DNA from: Pyrinomonadaceae bacterium
Lineage (GTDB): Bacteria > Acidobacteriota > Blastocatellia > Pyrinomonadales > Pyrinomonadaceae
Assembly (NCBI GenBank): GCA_035696765.1
Contig: DASSEB010000456.1
Location: forward strand, 1 to 50,312
DNA: 50,312 nucleotides
Reading direction: 5' to 3'
The position numbers were made by a program, and so were the translations under genes. Position 1 is the stretch's first letter; every line of letters begins with the position of its first letter. This document shows positions 25,288 through 33,671 of this stretch, one piece after another. The notes beneath the pieces were generated by a model. That model saw only the letters and a list, made by a program, of their open reading frames with translations. It was not told where the DNA came from and made no database searches.

Positions 25288-25894
25288 ATTTACGAATTAA
25301 ACCTCTCACGACACCCTGGATCTGAATCCGTTCCGGCGTCTTGATGAAGAGTGGTTTGAACTGCGGGTTGGCCGGCTCGAGACGGATAAACTCAGGTTCG
25401 CGATAAAACTTCTTCACCGTCGCATAATTGCCGTCGATCAGAGCGACAACCACCTGGCCGTTTTCGGCAGTCTGTTGTGACGCAACGATGAGGACGTCGC
25501 CGTCCTCAATGTTTTCCTCGATCATCGAATCCCCACGCACACGCAGGGCGAAAGTGCGGCCGCGTCCCTGCATGTCTTTCGGCACAGAGACGGTGTCGTG
25601 GCGGAGAATTGCTTCAATTGGCTGGCCGGCAGCTACTGTACCCAGCAAAGGAATCTCGGTGTCATCGTCGTCATCACCACCCTTTTGTTGCACGATCTGA
25701 ATCCCCCGGCTGACGTTCGGAATGCGTTTGATTAATCCCTCCCGCTCCAGGGCCACAAGGATGGCGTGAACGCTGGCAGGCGATTTCATCTGAAACTGCG
25801 CCCCGATCTCCGCAATGGTGGGTGGTTCGTGGTTCGACTCGATAACGCGCCGGATGAACTCATAAACTCGTCTTTGTTTGGCCGTGACTGGCAT
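25274..25894 (-). CDS. lexA: LexA repressor (S24 peptidase)
   Basis: N-terminal wHTH (LTAKQRRVYEFI...PPTIAEIG), cleavage-site region, catalytic Ser in VRGDSMIE and Lys in ATVKKF. ATG at 25894 (206 aa, GGGGA upstream) preferred over TTG at 25936. Confidence 0.9.
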   Translation of the reverse strand: MPVTAKQRRVYEFIRRVIESNHEPPTIAEIGAQFQMKSPASVHAILVALEREGLIKRIPNVSRGIQIVQQKGGDDDDDTEIPLLGTVAAGQPIEAILRHDTVSVPKDMQGRGRTFALRVRGDSMIEENIEDGDVLIVASQQTAENGQVVVALIDGNYATVKKFYREPEFIRLEPANPQFKPLFIKTPERIQIQGVVRGLIRKYAAA

Positions 25895-25948
25895 AAACGT
25901 CCCCTTTACCTGCTCGAAAATAATTTTCGTTGACAACCGAAAATCTGG

Positions 25949-25982
25949 CGAACATTCTCGAACATATGCGGCGCGACGTCAA
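25949..25982 (-). promoter_or_regulatory. Candidate lexA promoter with overlapping direct-repeat operator
   Basis: Minus strand reads TTGACG (25982..25977), 17 nt, GAGAAT (25959..25954). The direct repeat ATGTTCG-n3-ATGTTCG (plus-strand CGAACAT at 25949..25955 and 25959..25965) overlaps the -10. Confidence 0.4.
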
Positions 25983-26165
25983 GTAGTTTTTTCAGGGTCG
26001 AGACGGTGGCGCGGGGGAGACCGTTGCCGTTTTGGTTCTGAATCGTCGCGCCGTGACTCTAGCCCGGTGATCAATTGTGCCCCTCATCGTCCGGATTTGA
26101 ACGGCTTCTGGACCTTGGCGAATTGAACACCACCACCGGGCTAAAGCCACGGCGCGACTGAAGCG

Positions 26166-26825
26166 CTACTTGATGACCTTCGCGAGTTTTTTGAGGTCGT
26201 CGATAAAGAGTCGCAGCTCGAGATGGCGCGTTTCATCATCGGGAGCACGAAGGATTGAGGAGGGATGTACGGTGGCCATGACGTAGGGTGCAAGGGTTGA
26301 GGGAATAAATTCACCGCGTTGTTTTGTCACGCGAAACTGTGGTCCGAGCAGAGACTGGGCAGCTGTCGCGCCGAGCGCAACAATTACGTCGGGTTTGACG
26401 ACGGCAATCTCGGCTTCGAGCCAGGGACGGCACGCGCCGATTTCCGCTGAGTTGGGTTTCTTGTGGATCCGGCGTTTGCCGCGCGGTTCCCATTTGAAAT
26501 GTTTGACAACATTGGTGACGTAGGTTTGTTCGCGATCGATGCCGGCTTCTTCGAGGGCGTTATCCAGCAAGCGTCCGGCGGGGCCGACGAAAGGTTTGCC
26601 GGTCAGATCTTCTTCGTTACCCGGTTGCTCGCCGACGAACATGACTTTTACTCGCCGGGCGCCTTCGCCGAAAACGGTTTGCGTTCCTTTTTTCCAAAGG
26701 TCGCAGGCACGGCAATCGGCTGCGGCGCTTCTGAGCGACGAGAGCGTTGGTCGCGGTGGAATTAAAGCCTGTGCCGCGCTGTCGGAAGATTTGCGTCTCG
26801 GCATTGTGATCGATTTTCTGGGCAA
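26166..26825 (-). CDS. Uracil-DNA glycosylase, family 4 (Fe-S type)
   Basis: Motif A VGEQPGNEED (GExPG), motif B VHPSSILR, Cys ligands CRACDLW and GACRPW. The start is TTG at 26825 or ATG at 26804. Confidence 0.85.
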   Translation of the reverse strand: MPRKSITMPRRKSSDSAAQALIPPRPTLSSLRSAAADCRACDLWKKGTQTVFGEGARRVKVMFVGEQPGNEEDLTGKPFVGPAGRLLDNALEEAGIDREQTYVTNVVKHFKWEPRGKRRIHKKPNSAEIGACRPWLEAEIAVVKPDVIVALGATAAQSLLGPQFRVTKQRGEFIPSTLAPYVMATVHPSSILRAPDDETRHLELRLFIDDLKKLAKVIK

Positions 26826-26828
26826 ATG

Positions 26829-26864
26829 TCCTGCGTTTCTCTGCTGTCCGAGAGAAACGCAGGA
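26829..26864. promoter_or_regulatory. Perfect 14-bp-arm palindrome in the 60-bp UDG / imuA divergent spacer
   Basis: TCCTGCGTTTCTCT (26829..26842), 8-nt spacer, AGAGAAACGCAGGA (26851..26864). Confidence 0.5.
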
Positions 26865-26885
26865 TGTGCAGAGAGAATTCTAAAC

Positions 26886-27665
26886 ATGAAAGCAGCATTC
26901 TCAAAAGCAGAACTCGAGTCTGAAATCGCCAGTCGTTTTGGCGATGTATTCAAGGTCCATGAAAAGTCTGTGGTCGAGACTCTCGCCACAGGCATTCCGG
27001 AGATCGACGCGTTAACAGGCGGCCTGCCGCGTGGAGCTATCAGTGAAATCTTTGGACCAGCGTCGTCGGGCCGTACCAGTCTGATGTATTCAATGCTTGC
27101 TTATGCCACCACGCACGAAGAGACGTGTGCCCTCGTTGATACGAACGATGCCTTTGCCCCCGCGGCCGCCGCTGCCGCCGAGATAGATTTCGATCGTTTG
27201 CTTTGGGTCCGCGGCGCCGGCGATCTCGAGCACGCTTTTAAAGCCACGGATCTCTTGTTACATGCCGGCGGGTTTGGCCTGGTGATACTCGATATAGGCG
27301 ACGTCGCGGGAAAGGACACGCACCGGATCATTTCGTCATGGTGGTATCGCTTTCGCCATACGGTGGAAGATAGACCAACAGTATTAACGGTAATTTCAGA
27401 AGAAGCCTGTACCAAGTCATGTGCTGCACTTACGCTGGGGTTGAATGGAGTAGCGGAATGGTCACGAGCTAATGCCGAGTCGCGCGCGGCAGTTCAGTTC
27501 GTAAGACCAGCCAATGTGTTGCCGATGCGAAAGCAAATGCCCGTCAACCGGGCACCGCTTACCCACGGAAATCTGTTGCGCCGCAACACGGTAAAAGTTA
27601 ATCGCCAGCGTCCCCTTTCTCCCTCGCTGAATGAAAGCCAATTCCAGGCTCACCAGCACATTTAA
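26886..27665 (+). CDS. imuA: ImuA-type RecA-fold protein of the SOS mutagenesis cassette
   Basis: RecA/SulA-like core with degenerate P-loop GPASSGRTS. Sits immediately upstream of imuB-dnaE2. ATG at 26886 preferred over 26826, which would translate the palindrome. Confidence 0.7.
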   Translation: MKAAFSKAELESEIASRFGDVFKVHEKSVVETLATGIPEIDALTGGLPRGAISEIFGPASSGRTSLMYSMLAYATTHEETCALVDTNDAFAPAAAAAAEIDFDRLLWVRGAGDLEHAFKATDLLLHAGGFGLVILDIGDVAGKDTHRIISSWWYRFRHTVEDRPTVLTVISEEACTKSCAALTLGLNGVAEWSRANAESRAAVQFVRPANVLPMRKQMPVNRAPLTHGNLLRRNTVKVNRQRPLSPSLNESQFQAHQHI

Positions 27666-27699
27666 TCTTCGGAAAATTTTCGTCAATTTTCGATTTATC

Positions 27700-29061
27700 G
27701 TGTTTGCGTGTATTCATGCACAACAAATTCCGGCCAACCTCTCGCTGCCGGAGTTTGCCTATAACTTTTCACCCGTGGTGGAGCAGGCACGGGGCGGCAC
27801 AGTCGTCATAGACGTGGACGGGTGTGAGCTTTTATTTGGCTCCGCTTATCAACTCGCAAATGAAATCGCTTCGCGAGCAAAAAAATCCCGGATCCATGGC
27901 GGCCTGGAAAGCACAGTCAGTATCGCCATCGCCGCAAATCCCGACGCCGCCATTCACGCCGCCACTCGCCTGCCAGGAGTCACCTTCGTCTCACCCGGCG
28001 AAGAGCTAACTTGCCTCGGAGAGTTTCCCATCGACCACCTCGACTATTCGCTGGTTAGCATCGAGAAAAAAGTTGCGGATGAGATCCTCGAGACACTAAA
28101 GCTCTGGGGCATTCGCACCTTTGCCGATTTCGCCGCACTTCCCGTCGCCGGTGTTTCCGAGCGTTTGGGACAGGCCGGAGTGAGACTGCAACAACTCGCC
28201 GCGGGTAAAACCGAGCGACACTTAAAGGTCAAACAGCCCGCGCCTGTTTTTATGTATTCGATTGAGATCGAACACGGCCTTACCGAACTCGAGCCCCTCT
28301 CATTTGTTTTGGCGCCCCTCCTGCATCAACTCTGCGCCGCTTTGAATGCCTATGCACTGGCTACGAACGAATTGTGTGTGGTGATGCAACTGGAAGATCA
28401 CACCACACATGAACGCAAGCTGACTCTGCCTCACCCAATGCGCGACCACAAAGTGTTTCTGAAATTGTTATTGCTCGACACGGAGATGCACCCGCCCGCG
28501 GCAGCCGTAAAGTCAGTTTCAATTACCTGTGAGCCGGTGAAGCCGCGCGTGTTGCAGAACGGATTGTTTGTGCCGCTCGCTCCGGCGCCCGACAAACTCG
28601 AACTCACACTCGCGCGACTGGCGAAACTCGTCGGCGAGCAAAACATCGGTTCCCCAGCCTTGCTCGATACGCATCGTCCCGACGCGTTCACCTTGAAACG
28701 TTTCACGCTCACAACTAAATCGGACTCGCGTAAGCGGCGAAGAGGAGTTTCGCAGTTTGCGATTCGCAATTCGCAATTGGCCATGGGGTTCCGGATGTTC
28801 CGTCCGCCGCTGCGCGCGATAGTTCAAGCCGACCAGGGTTGGCCCGCGCAGATCAGCGCGTGGAGTAAGCAACGGAGTGTTTATGGGAAAGTGGTCAACC
28901 TCGCTGGTCCATGGAGAACTATGGGTGATTGGTGGCGCGACGATCGTTGGGCGCGAGACGAGTGGGACGTGACGATCGAGCGCTCCGGCCAGCAAGCCGT
29001 GTATCGCGTTTATCGAGAGCTGAAAACCGATACCTGGTTTGTGGAAGGGAACTACGATTGA
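27700..29061 (+). CDS. imuB: ImuB, catalytically inactive Y-family polymerase-like protein
   Basis: Typical ImuB N-terminus (M)FACIHAQQ from the GTG at 27700. Y-family palm/fingers-like layout without the DxD acidic motif. Positioned between imuA and dnaE2. Confidence 0.75.
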   Translation: MFACIHAQQIPANLSLPEFAYNFSPVVEQARGGTVVIDVDGCELLFGSAYQLANEIASRAKKSRIHGGLESTVSIAIAANPDAAIHAATRLPGVTFVSPGEELTCLGEFPIDHLDYSLVSIEKKVADEILETLKLWGIRTFADFAALPVAGVSERLGQAGVRLQQLAAGKTERHLKVKQPAPVFMYSIEIEHGLTELEPLSFVLAPLLHQLCAALNAYALATNELCVVMQLEDHTTHERKLTLPHPMRDHKVFLKLLLLDTEMHPPAAAVKSVSITCEPVKPRVLQNGLFVPLAPAPDKLELTLARLAKLVGEQNIGSPALLDTHRPDAFTLKRFTLTTKSDSRKRRRGVSQFAIRNSQLAMGFRMFRPPLRAIVQADQGWPAQISAWSKQRSVYGKVVNLAGPWRTMGDWWRDDRWARDEWDVTIERSGQQAVYRVYRELKTDTWFVEGNYD

Positions 29062-29062
29062 A

Positions 29063-29150
29063 GCCACAAAGAGGCACAAAAAGGACTCGCCACAAAAAGG
29101 CACAAAAAGGCACAAACAATTCATTTGTGTTTTTTGTGCCTTTTGGTGGC
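29063..29150. repeat. Family-A repeat: extra half copy plus full hairpin
   Basis: GCCACAAAGAGGCACAAAAAGG (29063..), then GCCACAAAAAGGCACAAAAAGGCACAAA (29089..29116), loop, TTTGTGTTTTTTGTGCCTTTTGGTGGC (29124..29150). Confidence 0.85.
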
Positions 29151-29159
29151 AGGTGAACA

Positions 29160-32100
29160 ATGTCTACGTATGTTGAGCTGCACGCGCGGTCGGCTTTTAG
29201 TTTTTTAGAAGGCGCGTCTGTGCCTGAAGAATTGATTGCGGCCGGCGTTGAGTTGCAAATACCCGCGATGGCTTTGCTCGATCGCGATGGAGTTTATGGC
29301 GCGCCGCGGTTTCACCTCTCCGCCAAGAAGAATGACATCAAGGCCCACATCGGCGCCGAGATAAGCGTCCGGATTCCAAAAACCAAAGTTCAAAAATCTG
29401 CTGTTTGTTCGATTCCTGTTCTGGTGCAAGATCGTACCGGTTACCAGAATCTTTGTCGCCTGATCACGTTGATGAAACTGCGTGTACCCAAACACGCAAA
29501 ACCGGGTGAGTGTGTGGTCACCTCCGAAGAGTTCGCGGCGCATGCCGAAGGGTTGATCTGTTTGACCGGCGCATTTGATGGACCAGTTGCGACTGTGCTC
29601 AGCCCGAGAGACGCAGAGAACACAAACAACGCACAACGAATAACCGAGTGGCTGATCGATCTGTTTGGTAAAAACAACGTGTACGCCGAATTGCAGCGCC
29701 ACTTCGATCGCAACGAGGAAGCTCGCAATCATTTAGTGATTGAACTTGCACGCCGCAATCATCTGCCTTTACTCGCGACGAACGGCGTGTGTTACGCCAT
29801 CCCCGCGCGCCGTGAAGTGTCTGACGTCTTCACCTGCATTCGCAATCACGTGCGACTGGAAACTGCCGGACGCCTGCTGGCGCAAAACTCAGAGCGGTAT
29901 CTGAAGTCAGGCGCCACGATGGAAAAGCTCTTTGCGGATCTGCCGGAAGCAATCGCAAATACCTCTGAACTTTCATCCCGATTGAAGTTCACGCTCGAAG
30001 ATCTCGGGTACGAGTTTCCGAAATATCCGACACCGCCGGGCGAAACAATGACTTCTCTCTTGCGCAAGATCACGGAAGCAGGCGCACGCTCGCGCTATAC
30101 GGGCGCGAATGATGCACCCACTTACGACGAGGCGCGCCCGCAGCTCGAACGCGAGTTGAAGCTGATCGAAAAACTCAAGCTCGAAGGTTATTTTCTGATC
30201 GTTTGGGACATCGTCCAGTTTTGTCGCAAACAAGGCATCCTGATCCAGGGACGCGGATCGGCGGCAAACAGCGCGGTCTGTTATTCATTGGGGATTACAG
30301 CCGTAGATCCAATCGGCATGGACTTGCTGTTCGAACGGTTCCTTTCTGAAGAACGAGGCGAATGGCCCGACATCGATCTCGACCTGCCAAGCGGAGATCA
30401 ACGTGAGAAAGCCATTCAATACGTTTACGAACGGTACGGAAAACTCGGCGCGGCCATGACCGCGAACGTTATTACCTATCGAGGACGCTCGGCTGCGCGT
30501 GAAGTCGGCAAGGCGTTGGATTTCGATGAAGAAACGCTTTCACGACTGGCCGCCCTCGTCCACACGTGGGAATGGAAAGATCCAAACGACTCCAGCGAGC
30601 GCCAGTTTCGCGACGCGGGCCTCGATCTGCGCCATCCGCGCATCAGGAAATTCTTTCAGCTTTATCAAATGGTGCAGGACCTGCCTCGCCACCTGGGCCA
30701 GCATTCGGGCGGAATGGTGATCTGCCAGGGGCAGCTCGATTCGATCGTTCCGCTCGAGCCTGCGGCCATGCCCGGCCGTGTAGTGGTCCAATGGGACAAA
30801 GAGGATTGCGCGGACCTGGGATTGATCAAAGTAGACTTACTGGGGCTTGGAATGATGGCGGTCCTGGAAGATTCGATCACATTGATTCGCGATTCCTATG
30901 GCGAAGAAGTTGATCTGGCCCATCTGCCGCAAAACGACGCGGCAGTTTATGAGGCGCTGCAAAATGCCGACACGATCGGAATGTTCCAGGTTGAAAGCCG
31001 GGCGCAGATGTCATGCCTGCCGCGACTGCGACCGGCGACTTTTTACGACATCGTGGTCCAGGTGGCTATCATTCGTCCCGGCCCGATCGTCGGAAACATG
31101 GTCCATCCCTATCTGAAACGCCGGCAGGGCAGAGAGCAGGTGACTTACGCGCACCCGCTTTTGGAGCCAATCCTGAAACGAACACTTGGCGTGCCGCTGT
31201 TTCAAGAGCAGTTGTTGAGGATGGCGATGGTGTGTGCCGGTTTTACCGGTGGCGAAGCGGAAGAGTTGCGCCGCGCTTTTGGCTTCAAACGTTCGGAAGC
31301 GCGCATGAAAGCGATTGAAGTAAAACTGCGGCAAGGGCTGACGCGAAATGGAGTCACCGGAAAAACTCAGGAAGAGATCGTGCAGGCCATCAGCTCGTTT
31401 GCGCTTTACGGTTTTCCGGAATCGCACGCCGCAAGTTTTGCCCTGATAGCTTATGCGAGTGCCTATCTGAAATGTAATTACCTGGCGGCGTTTACGGCGG
31501 CGATACTCAACAACCAGCCGATGGGGTTTTATCAACCTTTCACGCTCATCAAAGATGCGCAGCGCCATGGATTGAAGGTCCTGCCGATCGATGTTACCTG
31601 CTCGGATTGGTTGTGCACGCTCGAGAAGGAAGACGGCGCGCCCGTGCTCCGTCTGGGACTGAGATACGCGAAGGGTTTGAGCCAGCAGTCGGGAGAGGCG
31701 ATTGTTCGCGCGCGACTCGCACGCGGTTTCGCCGGTATTGATGACTTGCGTAATCGCGTGCCTGAACTGCGCAAAGATGAAATGAGAAAGTTGGCCGCGA
31801 TCGGTGCGTTGAACTTTATTCAGGATGTTGGTGCGCCAAAGTCGGGAGGCAGAAAAACAAAGACGCATCGTCGCGACGCGTTGTGGCAAGTGGAACGTGT
31901 GACGCGTGCGCCGGGGAAACTCTATGAGGAGTTGCTCGAGCAGGACGGCAATTCACCTTTGCAGCAGATGGGATTACTGGAGCGAGTGGACGCGGATTTT
32001 CGTGGGACGGGACTGACGATTGGGAAGCACCCGGTTGCTTATTATCGAAGCGAGCTGGACAAGCTCAAGGCGTTGAAAGCGATCGATATCCGCCGCCTGC

Positions 32101-32384
32101 GCGATGGCGCCACCGTGCGTGTAGCCGGCTGGGTGATTGTTCGCCAGCGGCCGGGCACGGCAAAAGGATTTATGTTTTTGACTCTCGAAGACGAGACAGG
32201 AGTGAGCAACATAATAGTTACGCCGCAACTATTCGAGCAGTACCGGCTCGAGCTGGTCGATCATCCGTTCCTCTTGATCGAGGGAGTATTGCAAAACCAG
32301 GATAACGTGATCTCAGTGAAGGCGCGCCACGTCCAGCCACTTTCCTTTACCGTCACCAGCGCCCCCTCCCACGACTTTCATTAG
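29160..32384 (+). CDS. dnaE2: Error-prone DNA polymerase III alpha-like subunit DnaE2
   Basis: 1074 aa. PHP N-terminus (YVELHARSAFSFLEGAS), pol III alpha core (GRGSAANSAVCYSLGIT, DIDLD, FQVESR), OB-fold C-terminus. Cassette context with imuA and imuB. Confidence 0.9.
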   Translation: MSTYVELHARSAFSFLEGASVPEELIAAGVELQIPAMALLDRDGVYGAPRFHLSAKKNDIKAHIGAEISVRIPKTKVQKSAVCSIPVLVQDRTGYQNLCRLITLMKLRVPKHAKPGECVVTSEEFAAHAEGLICLTGAFDGPVATVLSPRDAENTNNAQRITEWLIDLFGKNNVYAELQRHFDRNEEARNHLVIELARRNHLPLLATNGVCYAIPARREVSDVFTCIRNHVRLETAGRLLAQNSERYLKSGATMEKLFADLPEAIANTSELSSRLKFTLEDLGYEFPKYPTPPGETMTSLLRKITEAGARSRYTGANDAPTYDEARPQLERELKLIEKLKLEGYFLIVWDIVQFCRKQGILIQGRGSAANSAVCYSLGITAVDPIGMDLLFERFLSEERGEWPDIDLDLPSGDQREKAIQYVYERYGKLGAAMTANVITYRGRSAAREVGKALDFDEETLSRLAALVHTWEWKDPNDSSERQFRDAGLDLRHPRIRKFFQLYQMVQDLPRHLGQHSGGMVICQGQLDSIVPLEPAAMPGRVVVQWDKEDCADLGLIKVDLLGLGMMAVLEDSITLIRDSYGEEVDLAHLPQNDAAVYEALQNADTIGMFQVESRAQMSCLPRLRPATFYDIVVQVAIIRPGPIVGNMVHPYLKRRQGREQVTYAHPLLEPILKRTLGVPLFQEQLLRMAMVCAGFTGGEAEELRRAFGFKRSEARMKAIEVKLRQGLTRNGVTGKTQEEIVQAISSFALYGFPESHAASFALIAYASAYLKCNYLAAFTAAILNNQPMGFYQPFTLIKDAQRHGLKVLPIDVTCSDWLCTLEKEDGAPVLRLGLRYAKGLSQQSGEAIVRARLARGFAGIDDLRNRVPELRKDEMRKLAAIGALNFIQDVGAPKSGGRKTKTHRRDALWQVERVTRAPGKLYEELLEQDGNSPLQQMGLLERVDADFRGTGLTIGKHPVAYYRSELDKLKALKAIDIRRLRDGATVRVAGWVIVRQRPGTAKGFMFLTLEDETGVSNIIVTPQLFEQYRLELVDHPFLLIEGVLQNQDNVISVKARHVQPLSFTVTSAPSHDFH

Positions 32385-32548
32385 CCACAAAGCCGCAAAG
32401 AAAGAATTAGCCACAAAAAGGCACAAAAGGCACAAAAACAGATTAAGCCTTAAAAACAAAAGAGACATTACGAATTGCCTTGAGGCGTGGTCTACTCGGT
32501 TGATTTTGTGCTTTTTGTGCCTTTTTGTGGCTAGAGCTTTTTTGTGGC
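32384..32548. repeat. Composite family-A repeat (nested arms with 65-nt central spacer)
   Basis: Arms GCCACAAAG... (32384) and GCCACAAAAAGGCACAAAAGGCACAAAAA (32410..32438) face TTTTGTGCTTTTTGTGCCTTTTTGTGGC (32504..32531) and TTTTTTGTGGC (32538..32548). Both flanking genes use TAG inside TAGCCACAAA. Confidence 0.85.
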
Positions 32549-32943
32549 TAGGCGGGGCGGGCGGCGTGGCGCGGAGGGGATTCCAAGAGACCTTGAACGA
32601 TCTGTGCTACTTGCGAGAGAGGTTTGGGTTTTCTCAGGAATGCATCTGCGCCGCAACGCCTCGCCTCCTCTTCGATCTCCGGCGAACCGTAAGCGGTCAG
32701 CACAATGATTCGCGCTTGAGGATTGTGTTCCCTGACCATCCTGATCATGTCGAGCCCGTCATGATTGCTGGTCATCGTGAGGCGCAGGTCCTGGATAACG
32801 ACCTTGTAGTTAGTGGCCCCGAGGAGCTTCTCCGCTTCTTCCACTTCAGAAGCCGTATCAACCTTGTATCCCTGCAAAGAAAAGTATTCGCTCATCGAGA
32901 AGCAGATCGACTCTTCGTCATCGACGACCAGTAAACGCGGCAT
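32548..32943 (-). CDS. Single-domain response regulator (CheY-like receiver)
   Basis: LLVVDDEE, phospho-acceptor region VVIQDLRLT, LTAYG and conserved Lys region. ATG at 32943 preferred over the table start at 33042. Confidence 0.8.
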   Translation of the reverse strand: MPRLLVVDDEESICFSMSEYFSLQGYKVDTASEVEEAEKLLGATNYKVVIQDLRLTMTSNHDGLDMIRMVREHNPQARIIVLTAYGSPEIEEEARRCGADAFLRKPKPLSQVAQIVQGLLESPPRHAARPA

Positions 32944-33247
32944 CGGCAACTCGGGTTTCTCTTCTCGCCCGGCCCATAACTGTCTCAACTTACCTGAGAC
33001 TCTTTTGAGCGTTCCGAATCGGCTTTGCTTCACAGGGCACACTGAAACAGTAACGTTTTTAAGAGCAAACTGATTGTCGCGAGGGTGGATACCAGGAGCA
33101 CGTGCGCCCTGTTGCGCAGAAGCAGCACGCGCATCATGCGGAAAGTGATACTACTAATGCTCCCTTCAACTCATCGTCTATCTCCGCACCGATAGAACGA
33201 TGAGGTGAGGGCAGCAGTCGCTAAATTAACCGCCGCCCAACCCGGAG

Positions 33248-33460
33248 CTATATAGCTATGGCGGCGCGCACATTGGGTCTTTGTGCGCCCGATCCATTCA
33301 TTCGGCCTGAAATACTTTGCGAAGCCGGTTTGGTGATGATGTAGAGCAGAACTTCGCACACCTCACGTGTGCCAGTCCCAATCGTGTTTCCCTTTTCATC
33401 CTGCAGGGCATAAATCCGCCCGTTCGCGTCCAGGGGAAAAATCATTGGTTCAGCGTACAT
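33248..33460 (-). CDS. Small hypothetical protein (70 aa)
   Basis: ATG preceded by AAGAGGAG at optimal spacing (plus-strand CTCCTCTT at 33470..33477). Lies between the PEP-CTERM gene and the CheY-like gene on the same strand. Confidence 0.45.
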   Translation of the reverse strand: MYAEPMIFPLDANGRIYALQDEKGNTIGTGTREVCEVLLYIITKPASQSISGRMNGSGAQRPNVRAAIAI

Positions 33461-33583
33461 TCGTTGAACTCCTCTTTACCCGGGCTCGAAGACAGATCCG
33501 CACTAGCTGTTCAAACCGGTCAAGTTGGGCGCTCCTCATGTATGAGGCGCCCATTTAATCATGACACCCAGTTGAAGGTTGAT

Positions 33584-33620
33584 GTTTCCACAGCCACGGA
33601 GCAAATGCAGCTGTGGAAAC
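33584..33620 (-). terminator. 11-bp perfect hairpin about 50 nt downstream of the PEP-CTERM gene
   Basis: GTTTCCACAGC (33584..33594) / GCTGTGGAAAC (33610..33620) with a 15-nt loop. No clear U-run. Confidence 0.35.
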
Positions 33621-33671
33621 ACAGTTATCGGTTAGTACTTCAGAAATAGTTTGAAAGTAGAACTTCTTCCA

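Noticed and set aside
26826-26885. imuA starting at the ATG at 26826
   Set aside because: The first 20 codons would be encoded by the perfect palindrome, and the conserved RecA-fold region starts well after the internal ATG at 26886. This is not excluded, only considered less likely.
29063-29150. CACAAAA-type repeat clusters as possible CRISPR arrays
   Set aside because: The units are only 9-10 nt, are directly tandem without unique spacers, and are arranged as inverted arms. No cas genes are present. They are REP-like palindromic elements, not CRISPR.
31011-31889. 292-aa minus-strand ORF inside dnaE2
   Set aside because: It is an antisense shadow ORF with Arg-rich, low-complexity composition, and the opposite frame encodes conserved pol III alpha motifs.
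32500-32934. Plus-strand ORF starting MILCFLCLFVARAFLWLGG, and similar Cys/Phe/Leu- or His/Lys-rich ORFs (16918..17313-, 28519..29160-, 48149..48334-, and the 40091 N-terminal extension)
   Set aside because: Their N- or C-termini are simply translations of the family-A repeats, and the remainder is antisense to real genes.
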